DNA of 64,000 bases. Source: Octopus vulgaris (taxonomy: Eukaryota). A model generated the notes under the pieces. It saw nothing but the letters and a program-made list of their open reading frames with translations, did not search any database and was not told where the DNA came from. The stretch lies in the NCBI GenBank assembly GCA_951406725.2, contig OX597817.1:102300001-102364000 (forward strand). The letters run 5' to 3'. How positions within the stretch are numbered: position 1 is the first letter of the stretch; each line of letters begins with the position of its first letter. Positions 25,463 through 40,205 of this stretch are shown here, one piece after another. The translations under genes and the position numbers were made by a program.

Positions 25463-25867
25463 TGTGTGTGTGTGTGTGAGTGTGTGTATGTATGTATGCA
25501 TGTATGTATGTATTTATGTATGTATGTATGTATGTATGTATGTATGTATGTATGTATGTATGTACGTATGTATACATGTATTATGCATAGAACTTTAAAA
25601 TGCGACTCTTAGTTTTCAAACAACAGCAGAAATGAAATAGCAGGTCTTATATACGAAATAAATAAGCAAAGTTTTAAATTTATCTTTCTATTTCATTGTA
25701 TTAATTTCTCTTGATTGTTTACATTGACTTGTAATTCTCTCTTGCGTCGTCGAAACCGTTGTAAATCCGGATAACAAAGCTGATGAGAGATATTTCCGAT
25801 TTTGTTAAACTTTTCGGTAATTATTATCGGTAATTATTTCACTGCCGCACATAAACAAACACGCGCG

Positions 25868-25952
<85 letters not shown>

Positions 25953-26681
25953 ACACACACACACACGCACGCACGTACGCGCGCACACACGCACACACAT
26001 CCATTCATTCCATACATACATACATACATACATACATATACAGATATACAAATATATACGTAATCTACACGTACGTGAATTACGCAAAAGATCTCAGCAT
26101 ATTTTACATCCATTAAGCTGCCAAATGAGATTCGGGGTGTGAATGAGATTTTGAGTTTGGAGACGCGCGGTTTATACCTCCCGCGCGAATAAATTGATCT
26201 TACGAGACAACTTAAAGAATCAGTGAGTTTACCACCCCAGAGACTGAGGAACCCTTTAGGATTTGTTTGTTTGTCTTTTCTCTGTGCATGCATGTATGTA
26301 TTTATTTATGTATGGTGAGAGATACGTTGATGATTACTGTTCTTTAGTATCTGCTAGACAGATCGTATAAGTTGTAAAGTATAAAATGTACGACTGAAAG
26401 CATGAAAAAGGGGGAAAAGAAAAAGAAATATGGTGAAAAATAACCCCAAAAGGTAGAAGTGGTGGGTGTGTGAGTTGTTGTTGCGGTGGTGGTGGTGGTG
26501 GAGAACATTCTAGAAATTTTGTTTTAGCTTCAATATTCAAAACAGATGATATAGCACACATGTTTCTGATAAACCTCTCCAGAACTTCTTATAATAACAA
26601 ATTATATAGCAAAATAAGTTTTCGGTAAAGACCTCTTATAGTGGTTATTATTATTATTAGAAAGGATTATTATTGTTGTTG

Positions 26682-26795
<114 letters not shown>

Positions 26796-28389
26796 TTGCT
26801 TCTTTCACCATCACCATCAAATTATAATTTTTATTATTGTTGTTATTGTTTATTTATACATCTTTCAATTTGCCTTTTTTTCTTGCTTTGTAAACTAGTT
26901 GCGTGAATATAGTTAAAAGAGAAAGAACGGGAGGGGGAGAGAAATAAAGAAAACAACCGAATCATTTCTAACCTCATAGAAATAGTTTACTTTTCTGTTA
27001 TTTAGTTTCTCTCATCTTTCTCTTCATTCCAAAAACGTTTCTTCAACACCGTTTAGCTCGGGGAGAGATTTTTCTTCAATGAACAAGTTAAGTTCGTTTT
27101 TTAAGCGTGGGAACAGTGTGCAACATGATAACCCTGTTCTTGTTGTTATTACTATTGTTGCTGTTGTTGTTTTGCCGTCGTCATCCCCTGTGCTTTTGCT
27201 TTTCTCCTGTTCCTCCTGAAGTGGTATTTTCTGCAGTTGTTATCGGATGTTTACCATAAACATTGCAGTGAATGGAAGCTCTCCTGAATGTCAATATGTA
27301 TTTGTCTGGATTTTATAAAATATATTTACTTATTTAGTTAAGTTTCGAAACATAAGCCGCTTCAGGTGAATGACACTGATAATGTTGATTATCTGGAAAA
27401 GCTGAGATATCTACAGAAAATATTAGGGTAACTGAAAGTAGATGACATCAGTGAAACCAAGGATGATAAATCACTGAATTCCATTTCTTAGTGTTTGGCA
27501 GCAAGTTTTGTGCTTTGTTTAATGATTGCAGTACAGGTGGAAACAATATTATTTCGCACAAGTGAGAGCGATCTGTTTGGTACTCGGAGAACAGCATCAA
27601 CGTTCTAGGTGCAGTGCTGAATTTAGACATAATCTACAGATTAGGGGCTCACAATCAACAAGAGCCTCAAATAATCAGAACGCATTTACGTTTTCAATAT
27701 TTGTGAAACCTGGCATAATTTTTTTATCAGGGGACCGACAAAGTCTAAAGCCAAGACTGCCTAGGTGAAAATGTTTTTGTCATTGTATTGTTGTTTAGCT
27801 TTGTTTGAACAGAACTATGATCAATCGCATTCCTGCCATTGTCTTTAAAGAAAAAACGTTGGGCAGTATGGTGCTGAGTTTCCTGCACATATGAAAAACT
27901 GAGATCGTCATGGCTAGAATGCTTCTCATCATAGGTTTGCTTGATCAAGACTGACCTCGTATTAAATGGGAACAGCAACAACATCATGATAATAATTGTA
28001 TATAATGTAGGCACAATGTTAGCAATTTTGAAGGGAGAAGGTTCGTGTATGCTATGGTTCGGCTACACAGAGCACAAACTTGCAAATTGAGCGATCAAGC
28101 TCAATATGCTATACAGACTGGGAACTGAACGCATCGCTTCCGACGTGCCAAGTATACTGAGTGGGCTAGAAGACTAATGAAGAGGGAATTGACGGGAAAG
28201 ATCATCAACAACTGGAAATGTCTATGAAATTAGAATCGATAATGTTTAGTAAGGAAATACTGATTGAGAAATCTAAAATTGAGAGTAGAGTAGAGCTTTG
28301 ACAGATATAAAGAACTAGCAGCTTGAGTGGCGTAGGTAGCACTTTGTATGTTGTGACAAAGGCATCAGTTACCGCAGGAATAATTGTCA

Positions 28390-28895
28390 TCTCAGTCATT
28401 CATAATCTTTTCATCTCTCTTGCTAGATTCTGTTGTTTCTCTATTTTTTCAGTTGCTTTGGTATCCGCTATCATATTGCAAAGTCTATGATCTCGCGTTG
28501 TTTCTTTTGTCCCCAATAATAATAATATCTGATCATTTTGCTGCAACAATATGGTCAAGTTTATGAGGCAGTCTCATAAAATTCACAATTCCTATTCTCT
28601 ATTACAGCTTTTGGTTGTGTTCATACCATTTTCTGCTACTTTGAACCCACACACTCGGCTTTCATCTCAATGCTCTTTTTCACTGGCACAGTCATAACTA
28701 CGATTATGCTCTTTCCGTGCAAGCTTACTGCAATCACTCAAGAGGTGGTTATGCTTTCGTCTCCTTTCCTAAAGATTCAGTATTTGCTTTCTGTCTAAGT
28801 TTTATCGATCTTTGTCTTTATTAAATTCGTCCTAATAGCATGTTTCTGTGTGGCTATAATTAGCGATTCGGTTTCACGTTTGATAATATAGTCTC
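28390..28895 (-). pseudogene. Decayed R4/Dong-like LINE fragment (zinc knuckle/RLE)
   Basis: IKRETESLIIATQKHAIRTNLIKTKIDKT..SK, then NHLLSDCSKLARKEHNR and KWYEH-like segments. Confidence 0.75.
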
Positions 28896-29023
28896 GGATT
28901 CCCTGAGTATTGGAAAAAAACAGGGCAGTCACGGTTTTAATAGTTTGAACACGGTTAGCAGAGAGCTAAGCAACAACATGCACAACGCTTTATTACTACC
29001 ATTAAAGCATCATGTCACATTTC

Positions 29024-29411
29024 TATTACTACGGCATTCCATCGGTTACGACGACGAGCGTTCCAGTTGATCAAATCAACGGAACAGCCTACTCGTGAAA
29101 TTAACGTGAAAGTGGCTGAGCACTCCACAGACACGTATATCTTTAACGTTGTTCTCGGGAAGATTCAGCGTGACACAGAATGTGACAAGGCTGGCCCTTT
29201 GAAATACAGGTACAACAGAAACAGGAAGAAATATTGAGAGAAAGTTGTGGTGAAAGAATACAGCAGGGTTCACCACCACCTCCTGCCGGAGCCTCGTGGA
29301 ACTTTAAGTGTTTTTGCTCAATAAACACTCACAACGCCCGGTCTGGGAATCGAACACGCGATCCTATGACCGCGAGTCTGCTGCCCTAACCACCGGGCCA
29401 TTACGTCTCCA
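29024..29411 (-). mobile_element. SINE family B
   Basis: Minus-strand tRNA head tggcccggtggttagggcagc...gttcgattccc; TCACATTTC on both flanks. Confidence 0.88.
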
Positions 29412-29504
29412 TCACATTTCAATGCACTTATAAAATACACAGAACCTCCACCACCGCCACTGCCACCTCCACGCGTGTCATGTATCCTAGTCAATATTGT
29501 GGCT

Positions 29505-29655
29505 CTGTCGTTCTGAGTTCAAATTCCGCCGAAGTCGACTTTGCCTTTCGTCCTTTTGGGGTCGATAAATTAAGTACCAGTTGCGTATTGGGGTCGATTT
29601 AATCGACTGGCCCTCTCTCCAAAAATTTCGGGCCTTGTGCCTAGAGTAGAAAAGA
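29505..29655 (+). mobile_element. SINE family A, 5'-truncated
   Basis: gttctgagttcaaattccgccgaagtcgactttgccttt...ggccttgtgcctagagtagaaaag. Confidence 0.88.
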
Positions 29656-29829
29656 ATTATTATGTCACCAACATTGTTATCGTTGTACATCAAATGTGAG
29701 AGGGCATCAACGTACAGAATATCCTTACCAGGAACATCCTTAATGATGAAGCCGTATTGCGAAAGAATCAAACACCACCTGGTTATTTTTGTGAAGCATG
29801 TCGAGAAACATCTAAATCCTTCATAAACA

Positions 29830-29985
29830 GACATAGGAGTGGCTCTGTGATAAGTAGCTTGCTTACGAACCACATGGTTCCGGGTTCAGTCCCACTGCGT
29901 GGCACCTTGGGCAAGTGTCTTCTACTCGGGCCGACCAAAGCCTTGTGAATAGATTTGGTAGACGGAAACTGAAAGAAGCCTGTCA
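29830..29985 (+). mobile_element. SINE family C, 5' half
   Basis: gtggctctgtgataag...ccgggttcagtcccactgcg...gggccgaccaaagccttg; homologous to 32177-32315. Confidence 0.85.
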
Positions 29986-29999
29986 TCCAAACATATATA

Positions 30000-31417
30000 C
30001 TAGCATTATGACCCAATATCTTGATATCGCTAGTGATAACAATACTCAAAATATATAACAGACTGGAATTGTTGGTCCGTCTCTTGCAATTTCGATCAAT
30101 TGTATCTTGTCCTCCCTCTTGTATAGAAGTGTGGCTACAATCTAGCCTACCTTCTGGGGGAACATTTTAAATTTTTATCCGGGACGTCCTACGTCCCAGA
30201 TATAAAGGTAAAAATAAGATATTTCCACTTTGCAAGGTTCGAGTCGAGTACTCCCTTGCACGCTCCGTTGACTCGAACCTTGCTTCTATTCTGGTTAGAT
30301 ATCTTTCATAGTCGCACCAAGACACTTTTCGATGGTGCTTTCCTCCAGGTGTTCAAATCTTTTTTTTTCTCTACATTTTATACTTTATAGACAATAGTCT
30401 TTTCTTTTCTTTAATTTTTTATTTCGTTTGATGGTGTTAGCCTAGATTCACCGTCTTTGTCGGTGATCATTCCGAAATAGGTTTGTATTTCTTCCATTTT
30501 AATTTTAATGAGTTCGCGCCCGCTGACGGCTGCAGCGAAATTCATTTTTAACAAAAATGCTTCCGTATAAACGGTGAAAATATTGTCAATTTCTCCAAAC
30601 AGGGACACAATTCAATTTTTAAACAATAATCAAAGCTCCTTCTCCCAAAGGGGAAGGGTTACGGTTTACAATTATTTAACAAATGCCGCACAAGAACGTT
30701 TCCCTTACGAGGAACCAACAAACGTGATAACAATAGTTAAACAGTAATAATAATAACAACAAACCTTACGGTGAATCAAAAAGCAGTACGCAGTTGAAGC
30801 TATAGTCCTTTATGTATAAGAAATAAACCAACAGCAGTACTCAGTAGAAGCGGCTGTTCGAAAAACAGACATTACATACAGCCAAACTTCATATAGATAC
30901 TTAATCCTAGCTAATTAGCAGATAATCTAATGTAAAAGCCATGGTTAAGGGTATGTGCACAGCTCCATCTGAACTATTCTATTTCTGCACATTTTATTTT
31001 TAATTTATTCCCATTCATGTAAAACCACTTATTCAAGTCATTGATGCAATTAATACCAACTGCTATTTTTACTTTTAATTGTTATGTTACGATTTAATTA
31101 TTATATTATACTTTAGTTTGATTTTAATTATTACTTACTACATATAATTCAATTGTTATTATCATCTCTAATTTTTATTGTTAAAGTGAAAGTATCTGAC
31201 ATAAAATAGAGAAATGTTTTTGTTTCACTTTTAACACGTAATACTGAAATAGTGGAGAAGATATGATATTGCTGTGGGCTCGCCCTAGGCAAAAAGTTAA
31301 AAATTTTGCCGATGCCACTCCCAGGACCCTAAGTAAGGCATGTGTAAAATTTGAATGAAATTGGTTGTGTAGTTCTCAAGTTTTAGGGAAACACAGAGAC
31401 AGACACACATTCTCAGT

Positions 31418-31425
<8 letters not shown>
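30000..31425 (-). mobile_element. Probable non-autonomous Helitron inserted in the internal microsatellite of SINE C
   Basis: Minus-strand 3' end CTAG|T with nearby atatc/gatat hairpin; the other end agacagacacaca..ctca.tt(ata)n resembles the Helitron at 63311-63705. Confidence 0.6.
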
Positions 31426-31468
<43 letters not shown>

Positions 31469-31483
31469 GTGTGTGTGCATATG

Positions 31484-31536
<53 letters not shown>

Positions 31537-31541
<5 letters not shown>

Positions 31542-31740
31542 TTGTGTTTGTACCCCCAACATCGCTTGACAACCGATGCTGGTGTGTTTACGTCCCAGTT
31601 ACTTAGCGGTTCGACAAAGAGACCGACAGAATATGTACTAGGCTTACAAAGAATAAGTCCTGGGGTCGATTTGCTCGACTAAAGGAGGTGTTCCAGCATG
31701 GCCACAGTCAAATGACTGAAACAAGTAAAAGAGTAAAAGT
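31537..31740 (+). mobile_element. SINE family C, 3' half
   Basis: ttgacaaccgatgctggtgtg...agcggttcg...gcatggccacagtcaaatgactgaaacaagtaaaag; homologous to 32460-32620. Confidence 0.85.
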
Positions 31741-32176
31741 TTTCAAACGCTGGGGACCAGTTTCTAAACAAAATTGCTTTCCTGAAAGAAAATTTCGCAG
31801 CCTACCTACACACCATACTACAATATAGGCCTATCTCTCTCTATGTTCAACCAATTTCGTAGAGACTGAGCAAAGTGTGACATATGAAAGCTACTAGGAG
31901 TCCTTCTTGACATGACATCCTAGCCACTGCAATTTCTGATGCATCCACAGTGAAAGTGTTCATTTTCTCCATTGAATATAGCTACAAAACCGGGGCTACG
32001 GAAAGATGAGCGACGAGTGTTTTAAGTACCTTTTGTTGCATTTGAACTATCGACGGCTATTGGATGTTAGACACCGCTGGTAAAATTGTTGTAGATTTTG
32101 AACAATGCAAACCCGCTGGCTAGATAGACACACACACACAAACATACACACACACACAAACATACACACACACAGA

Positions 32177-32620
<444 letters not shown>

Positions 32621-32676
32621 AAATACATATAATACATATATATATATATATATATATGCACACATACATACATACA

Positions 32677-32709
<33 letters not shown>

Positions 32710-34306
32710 GCACGCACACACAGATATTTGTGTGAGTTAGCATGTACGTATGTATATCCACTAAGTCCTACATTTGCTGTGAATGAAATTGTATACCAAT
32801 CATTGATTCCTTGAATGTAAATGAAGTGATCTGGCTTCAAATGGAATTCGAAACCGAGTCAGAGGCGTTGCTCACTGAGAGCTTACATCTACAGTGTTAT
32901 CGCTGTTAAGTTTGTTACGATGATATAATGTTTATTTAGTTTCTCCGTATTTGTCTGATTCTGTTACACTTTCCTCCTCTCCCGTCTCTCACTATATTTT
33001 CTTCCACCCCTAAGTTGCATTCATTGTTTTCTTTTATAAGTTTTATTTATTTGTTTATTATCTTGTTTCTCTATTTTCTATATATGTTTATTTAGTTAGT
33101 TATTTACACAATTTGTCTCATCTCTCTTTCTCGCCTTTGTATTTCGTCAAAGTTTATATGTCTTTTTTATTTATTTATTGATTTATTTCAACATAGTATA
33201 TAATTCAAACTGCCGTAGCTTGCTTGAAAAGTTAGACGGCGGCAAACAATATAGCGACCTGATCCCCTTCAAACAGTTTGTCTAACCACAGCTGACAGGT
33301 GTTCAAACCAAATGCTTTCACCTAACACCTGCCTATCGCCTTCAACCTGATAACTTGAGCAGACTACCTTCACGGCTCTTAACAGCAATGATAACAACAA
33401 CTCCGGGCTATTACCACTATTTCACCTCCTCCCCCACCATTACACACACACACGCAAACTAATGTCGCTGTCGTCGCTGCTGTGAACACAACAGCAACAA
33501 CTACAACGACGATGACGTTGATGACAATAATAACAAAAACAAGGACAACAAAAATTCATAATAGCATTAGCAGCTCTAACAAACAAAACTTCGACTGCAG
33601 AAGCAATAACAGCAACAAAACTAGCAATGGTTACAGTGGTAATAGCAGTAGCAGCAGCAGCGACAACAACGATTCATCCATCGATCGGGACTTATTTTAC
33701 AGTTGTGTGGCAATGTCTCCTACCAACACGCTGTGCCAGATGGAAGAACCCAGTTCTTATCAAAGGAACAAATCATAGAATTTCAATGAACATATTGAGA
33801 CATAAAGACAGCATGGACCACACCCATCACTCCACCTTATGTTGATACCACACCCATAACTATATTCTACGTTGAGATCACACCCATCGCTATACTACAG
33901 GGTTACATTATAAGAAATGTTTGAATAGAGTATACTATAGAAACAATTGTCTGTGGGAATTTTCTACAAGGTCGCCCGACATGCTTATAATTACAACCAG
34001 TTTCCCTCAAATCATATCCTATTGTGTTAAGCAGAAAGAACACATTGAATAATATAGTATTTAGGCAGTGTTCCAACATGGCCTCGGTAAGAAAGGAAAG
34101 ACAGAAAAAACGTAACGATCACTGCAGGAATGTATTTTATGTTAGGGCTGCTCAATCAGCGTTGAAGTAACGTGATTTAATGAATGAGCCTCATAGCGAT
34201 CACTTGATTTGTTAAAAATCAGCGGACCCAAGCTACTTCAAATTTTACTGAAGACTACTTGGACATGTGAGAGGTGCATATATAATACCCCAGACTATTA
34301 CGTTTA

Positions 34307-34440
34307 GATGATGATGATGATGATGGTGGTGATTATGATTATGATGATGACGACGACGACGACGACGACGATGATGATGATGATGATGATGAGGAGGAGG
34401 AGGAGGAGGAGGAGGAGGAGGAGGAGGAGGATAACAACAA
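34307..34440. repeat. Compound (GAT)/(GAC)/(GAG)n microsatellite
   Basis: Direct inspection. Confidence 0.92.
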
Positions 34441-36085
34441 TAACTATTTCTCGTCCGTACATGTACTAAAATTCATCAAGCTCATATACAATTACTGAAA
34501 TTTGAAGATGATCTGGATCGGCAAAATTGAATAAGGTAACGACAAAAGATGAGGTACTTTAACAAGGAAAGGAAATATTTAACTCTTGTAACAAAATCTT
34601 TCTCTGAAAGGCCTTTCTTTTGAGATCTTTGTTCGAAACATTTTAAAATAGTACTCCACTTACGGGTACATTATTATAGCTAATTTGTAAAAGATTTTAC
34701 CACATCAATTTAACGCAGTTAGTTCTCAAACTTCAAAGTACCTGCAAGCATTAGAAGAATTGCTTCTATTCCTCAGTGTGATTGAATTTGACTAAACCAA
34801 AGTAACATCAACAACAACGCATCACCATTATATTATAGCCAACAACTCGTTCCCAGTTTCTCATAATAACGTGTGTAGTGAGAAACGGCTGGATGAAGTC
34901 TGAAAACTACAGCAATACAAATCCTTCATACAGGTTTAAATACTTACAGTGGAAAATTCATTACACTACAGCTGATGGTAGAATCATAATACAGATTCTT
35001 CATAAAATAACTACAACATTTGAAACCTAAAATAAAGGAAAAGCAAAATGAGTCATACAGAATTGTTTTTGTTAAAAAAACAGACAATATGTAAAATTAA
35101 TATTTCTCAACAAATTGATCTCCATTCTCAAATCAATACATACAGAGTGAATCAACTATCCTTTTAGCATTAATATAAACAGGTTAACAACCGATGTCTG
35201 TTGGGTTGTTTTATATACGTCTCGTAGCCTCGTCTCTGTCCCTCTTTCAGATTTCCCACCTCCTCAGTACAACTTTCATTTGGTTGACTGTTACGGTTAA
35301 GGGATTCAGGTTAGATGGACTACTATCCTTCTATTCATACTACAAATCACTCAGACTATCCGAGTGGCCCAGATAATAATATTACTCTTATAATGTGTCA
35401 TTTTCAAGGCAACGAATACGCTCTCATTATTTGATGACATTTTTCTAAAATATATAAAACAATATTCATGACAGAAAAGCAGAAACAGTATTAAATATAT
35501 ATAAATAAAATTGTGTTTGTGTGGTGCGTACATGCGCGCGCACGTGCGTGTGTGTGAAGGAAAGAGAGAGGTAAGGCTGAAATTACTTTCTGATATAATT
35601 CTGATTCTTGTGAATAGCAATGACGATCCCGCAACTGATTTTTGATGCTTGAAATATGGGATTGTATTGGTGAGTGTATTTAAACTCTATGATTGATTAG
35701 TCTTTCATTGGCGTCTTGCGCTGAACTGAATAAAAAGTCTCCAGAGGACGAAGTGATAAGCATTGCAGCAGCAGTAACAGCAACAACAATAACAACCACA
35801 AAAGCATAGGAATTTAGCAAGATCAGAAGATGACTAAACCAAGAAAACAAATAATCGTTGTCGACAGTACAGTTACCCTCACTACTACCAAACATTCAAC
35901 TACTATTAACATCACTACTACAGCTATCATCATTACCAACATGATCACAAAAGTAGCGCTACTTTCATTAATACTCCTATCACTTTATAATGTTCACATT
36001 TATTATGGCCATCGTCAAACATAAATGCCACCAACTCACCGCGCCCTAGTTTCTCCTATATGAGGAAACGTGGAAGCCTCTATGC

Positions 36086-36394
36086 CAGTGATTCTCAACT
36101 GGGGTCCGTATGACCCCTGAAGGTCCATATAAGACGTTGGGGGATCCACGCAAGCAAAATAGAAAATTTGGTTCCCAGTATTATTCTGAGGGTCCATAAA
36201 ATGATTTTACTGGGTTTCTTTCTTAAACGATTTACATAGTTCGACCTACAGAAGTGAATGTGTGATAAACAAAATGGGAATTTTCAAAGAAACATCAGTA
36301 AAACTAGATTTTAAATGCCAAATGGCTATGGGGATCCACCAGAATAAAATATATATCAAAAGGATCCACAGGTAAAAAATGTTGAGAAACACTG
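36086..36394. mobile_element. hAT (Charlie-like) MITE with 8-bp TSD
   Basis: TIRs CAGTGATTCTCAAC / GTTGAGAAACACTG; TSD CTCTATGC / CTCTATAC. Confidence 0.9.
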
Positions 36395-37264
36395 CTCTAT
36401 ACGATTAGATACAGCAGCAAAGTTACTCTCATTCCATACTCTACCGTCTTTAGAAAGGAAGGACACGTTAGTTAAATGCAGTACCAGATATGCAATGCCT
36501 GGGGAAAAGAGAGGAATGGTTAACCATGGTTTGGATACTTGTTTTTCATTACAGATCTAGTCTCTCAATAAGCACCGATATGAAGGTCAGACAACAGCAA
36601 CAACATAAGCAGCGGTAGAAGCAGCAGCAGCACCACCACCACCACCATCACCACCACCATCACCACCACCATCACCACCACCATCACCACCAACAACAAT
36701 AACAACAATAGCAACAACAAAACGATAATAATCACTTCGTACAAGACCGCTACTATTAGAGCAGCGGCCACAAGTACCATCATCAGTCACACCAACAAGA
36801 ATATCTCATGTGTCATCATAAAGATCAGTGACGTTAATGAAATCATCTGCAACAACACGAAGAAAAAAACGAGCTACACTAGCAAAGAGTTGCAGCAACT
36901 GGAACAGGGAAACAGTAGCAGCAACAACAATAAAGAAGACAACTATGCAACTATAAGGAAGTCTATGTTAATTTCAAGAAACATTTTTTTCCATTTATCA
37001 AAAGGAAATACATTAACTGCTCCACCCTTCCGATCAAATCTAGACCTTTTTATTGTCCAAAGATACTACGCGAATTGATACTTACAAATACACACACATA
37101 TAAAAGTGATTGAATGACACATACAAGCACACACACTTACACTTACACACGCACACACATACACACACAAATCATTGATGGTAACATACATGCGTCCATT
37201 TTAAATGAGAACAAAAGAATAGATCGTTGTGATTATATAGCTGAATTAATTTACATACGCACAC

Positions 37265-37328
<64 letters not shown>

Positions 37329-37683
37329 GCACACACTCAAACATATATATGCACGTTCGCATACACAAACGTACACAAATGAATGCACACACACAAATAC
37401 ACACATATTATCACACGTACGCACACACACTCACATACTCACACACACTCACAGATACGCATAATCTGTATTTATAAGCGTCTACGTTTGTTGTCATATT
37501 ACAAGAAATCTCAAATTTCAAAGTGAGATCCAAATGCAACCCAGTATCATGCACGAAGTAAAAATTCCGTTTCGAGGTTGTCTAAGATTAAAAAGGTGGC
37601 AGTTTGTCATATCAAACTCTATTTTGTCCTTTCCCTTTTAACCCCATTCTCTCTCTATGTATGTGTGTGTGTGTGTATTCATA

Positions 37684-37717
<34 letters not shown>

Positions 37718-37723
37718 CATACA

Positions 37724-37754
<31 letters not shown>

Positions 37755-39372
37755 GTTACAATGGCACCTGTAGCAAAACACGTGTCACTAAAAATTATTA
37801 CAGCCGAATAAATAAATTTGGACGTCAGAACTCTTTGCATTCCATAAAACAGTGGCCCACAATGTGTTTGTAGTGTCAGTACTCATACCAGCATTAGGGT
37901 TGCTTGATTGGACGCTTGGTGAGATCCGAGCCATTGACGTGAAAACCCGACTAATACTAACAAGCACACGTTATTTCCATATAAACAAAGACGTAGGCCG
38001 CCTCTACCTAGAACGAAAACAAGGCGGCAGAGGTTTAACATCGATCCAAAATGCTTTTCATTGTCATATCATATCCCTTCGACAGCATCTTTTAACCACT
38101 AAGTGTCGAAGTGCCTACATCCCTTGACCAAGTTTGCATATATGAGGCTGATAACATCATAAGACTTGGAAGGCAGCTCCTTGAGCAACACTCCTTGTCT
38201 GATAAACATAAATACATGCTCAAAGAAGTCGAAAGGCTCTACCGCAACGTATCATCAAATGAAAGGATGCGCATATAAGAGCAGAAGGCTATGAAAGGAT
38301 GAGCATATAAGAGTAGAAGACTCTGCATTAGTAGAAAGCTCCGAGATGATAGTAACATTGATCATCAAAGCAGTCTATCATGGACCAATAGCCGGATTAC
38401 TACCTCCCACTTTGAAGTGGACCAGGAACAGGAAAAAATCAACCAAATACCTAATGCACAAAAGAGATAGAGATGCGGGAAAAGCAGTAAAATGTGACAA
38501 CCAACGCAGACTTTGTGGAGTTAACACCGAAGATATCGGCCACGTCATAAGCAGTTGTCCGAAAATGTAATCACAGTATTATCTACCGATGAGATATGAT
38601 GTTGTAGCTTGGACACGCTATAATGAAATCCATCGGAAGGATAACTCCAAGGACAAAGAAATAAGAACCCACAGTATGGCAGAAGCCATAGGCACTCATA
38701 ATAAAAGGAAGTACTGGTGGAATGTCCTAGTGAAGACCTCAATAAAATGTAAGTACAACAGACCTGGTATAATGATATGGGACAGAGAAGAGAAACTGTA
38801 CAATTGTGGAAATTATCTGCCCAGTGGATGTTAACATGAAACTGAAGATTAGTGAAAAAGAGAATACCTACGCTGAACTATTGAGGAATCTGCAGTCACC
38901 CTATCCAGATTCCAAGTTCAGGTTTATACCTGTAATTATTGGGGCCCTGGGATATGTAACACTGCCAAAATACCAATCTTGAGAAATTAGGCTTCTCAAA
39001 ACCAGAAAGGAGAAAGCTAATTCGAAGACTACAGATCCAATCCATCACTGGAACTGTAAAAATCTGTAAAACTTTCCAGAAGTTTATCATTTAAATATAT
39101 ATGAGCATGTCTAAATACGCAACTATATGCATGAGAATACATACATAAAACAAAACAAAATTTGCATGAATACATACATACATACATATATACATACATA
39201 CATACATACATACATACATACATACATACATACATACATACATACATACATACATACATACAAAATTACCCTGTTGTTGATATTGAAATTTCAATGAAGG
39301 AGCCTTGGATCTAGGTTAGAAACCGGTTCTTTCTCTACTGGCAAGAAATCTTGAAATAAAACTGAATAATGA
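37755..39372 (+). mobile_element. R4/Dong-related RLE LINE, 5'-truncated, in (TACA)n
   Basis: IRAIDVKTRLIL...RLYLERKQGGRGL; RLCGVNTEDIGHVISSCPKM; MRYDVVA; NRPGIMIWD; FIPVIIGALG; TVKICKTF; (TACA)n at the 5' flank and in the 3' UTR, short acatacatac at the 3' end. Confidence 0.88.
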
Positions 39373-40164
39373 CATACATACGCACTAATCATTATTAGGC
39401 TTGTTCTGAGGTGTGATATGTTCGTTATGTGACGTCGATCGAGAAGCAAAGTTTCTTGTTGTCCGCGTTCGTTGTATTATTTGAATATCCTTTTGATATT
39501 AGTTATTTGCTGTAATATTATTTTGTAATTATTAGTTATCATAGTTTTATCCTTACGAGGCGGAAAAGTTGTCAACAAACACCTTGTAAGGGTAATATTA
39601 CCAATTATTTCTGCTGTTTTAACGGCAAAGCTGCATTCGAAAAAATATCTCCTTCTTGTTTGTATTGTACAATACACATTCGACACTTCTAATAAAAACA
39701 AATGTTTGTTTATATATACATACGTGGTTGTTACGTTTCAATAAGTTATCTATTTAGCGTCTAAAATCGGCGGATGAGTTGTCAGCAGGCAGTTTAGCTT
39801 ATTACAGATTGTTTACTCTTCTGTTGCTTTTGTAGTAATAAGGTGGTGGATTCCTGGGCAGCGTTTATACTTTTATCTCGGTGGATACCGCTGGATTCGA
39901 TGGTACTGCCCAGGTGTCGAAACCATAGTGATATACATTTTGGCGGCTGATGACGGGAATGCACATGTTATGCTCGATTGTAAATTTTTTATATCTTAGT
40001 CTTGTTATTCTAGGTTATCCTTCATTCTTGTAAAGTGGAAAGTGTTTGTGAATTCATAGTTTGTGGGGATCGCTTACTTTGGTATTGTTTGGTTTTCTTT
40101 ATAGGTAACCTAATTAGGCTTGGGCTAGGCTTAGATATTGGTGTCTAGTTTTGAGAGACTCTGT

Positions 40165-40205
<41 letters not shown>

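Noticed and set aside
27330-27370. Minus-strand CTGAAGC...GAAAC hammerhead-like string
   Set aside because: Core mismatch and no stem I or III pairing
27526-27768. 80-aa ORF as a host exon
   Set aside because: No recognisable domain and no convincing splice-site pair
38259-38322. 32-bp tandem duplication
   Set aside because: Ordinary post-insertion slippage inside a dead LINE
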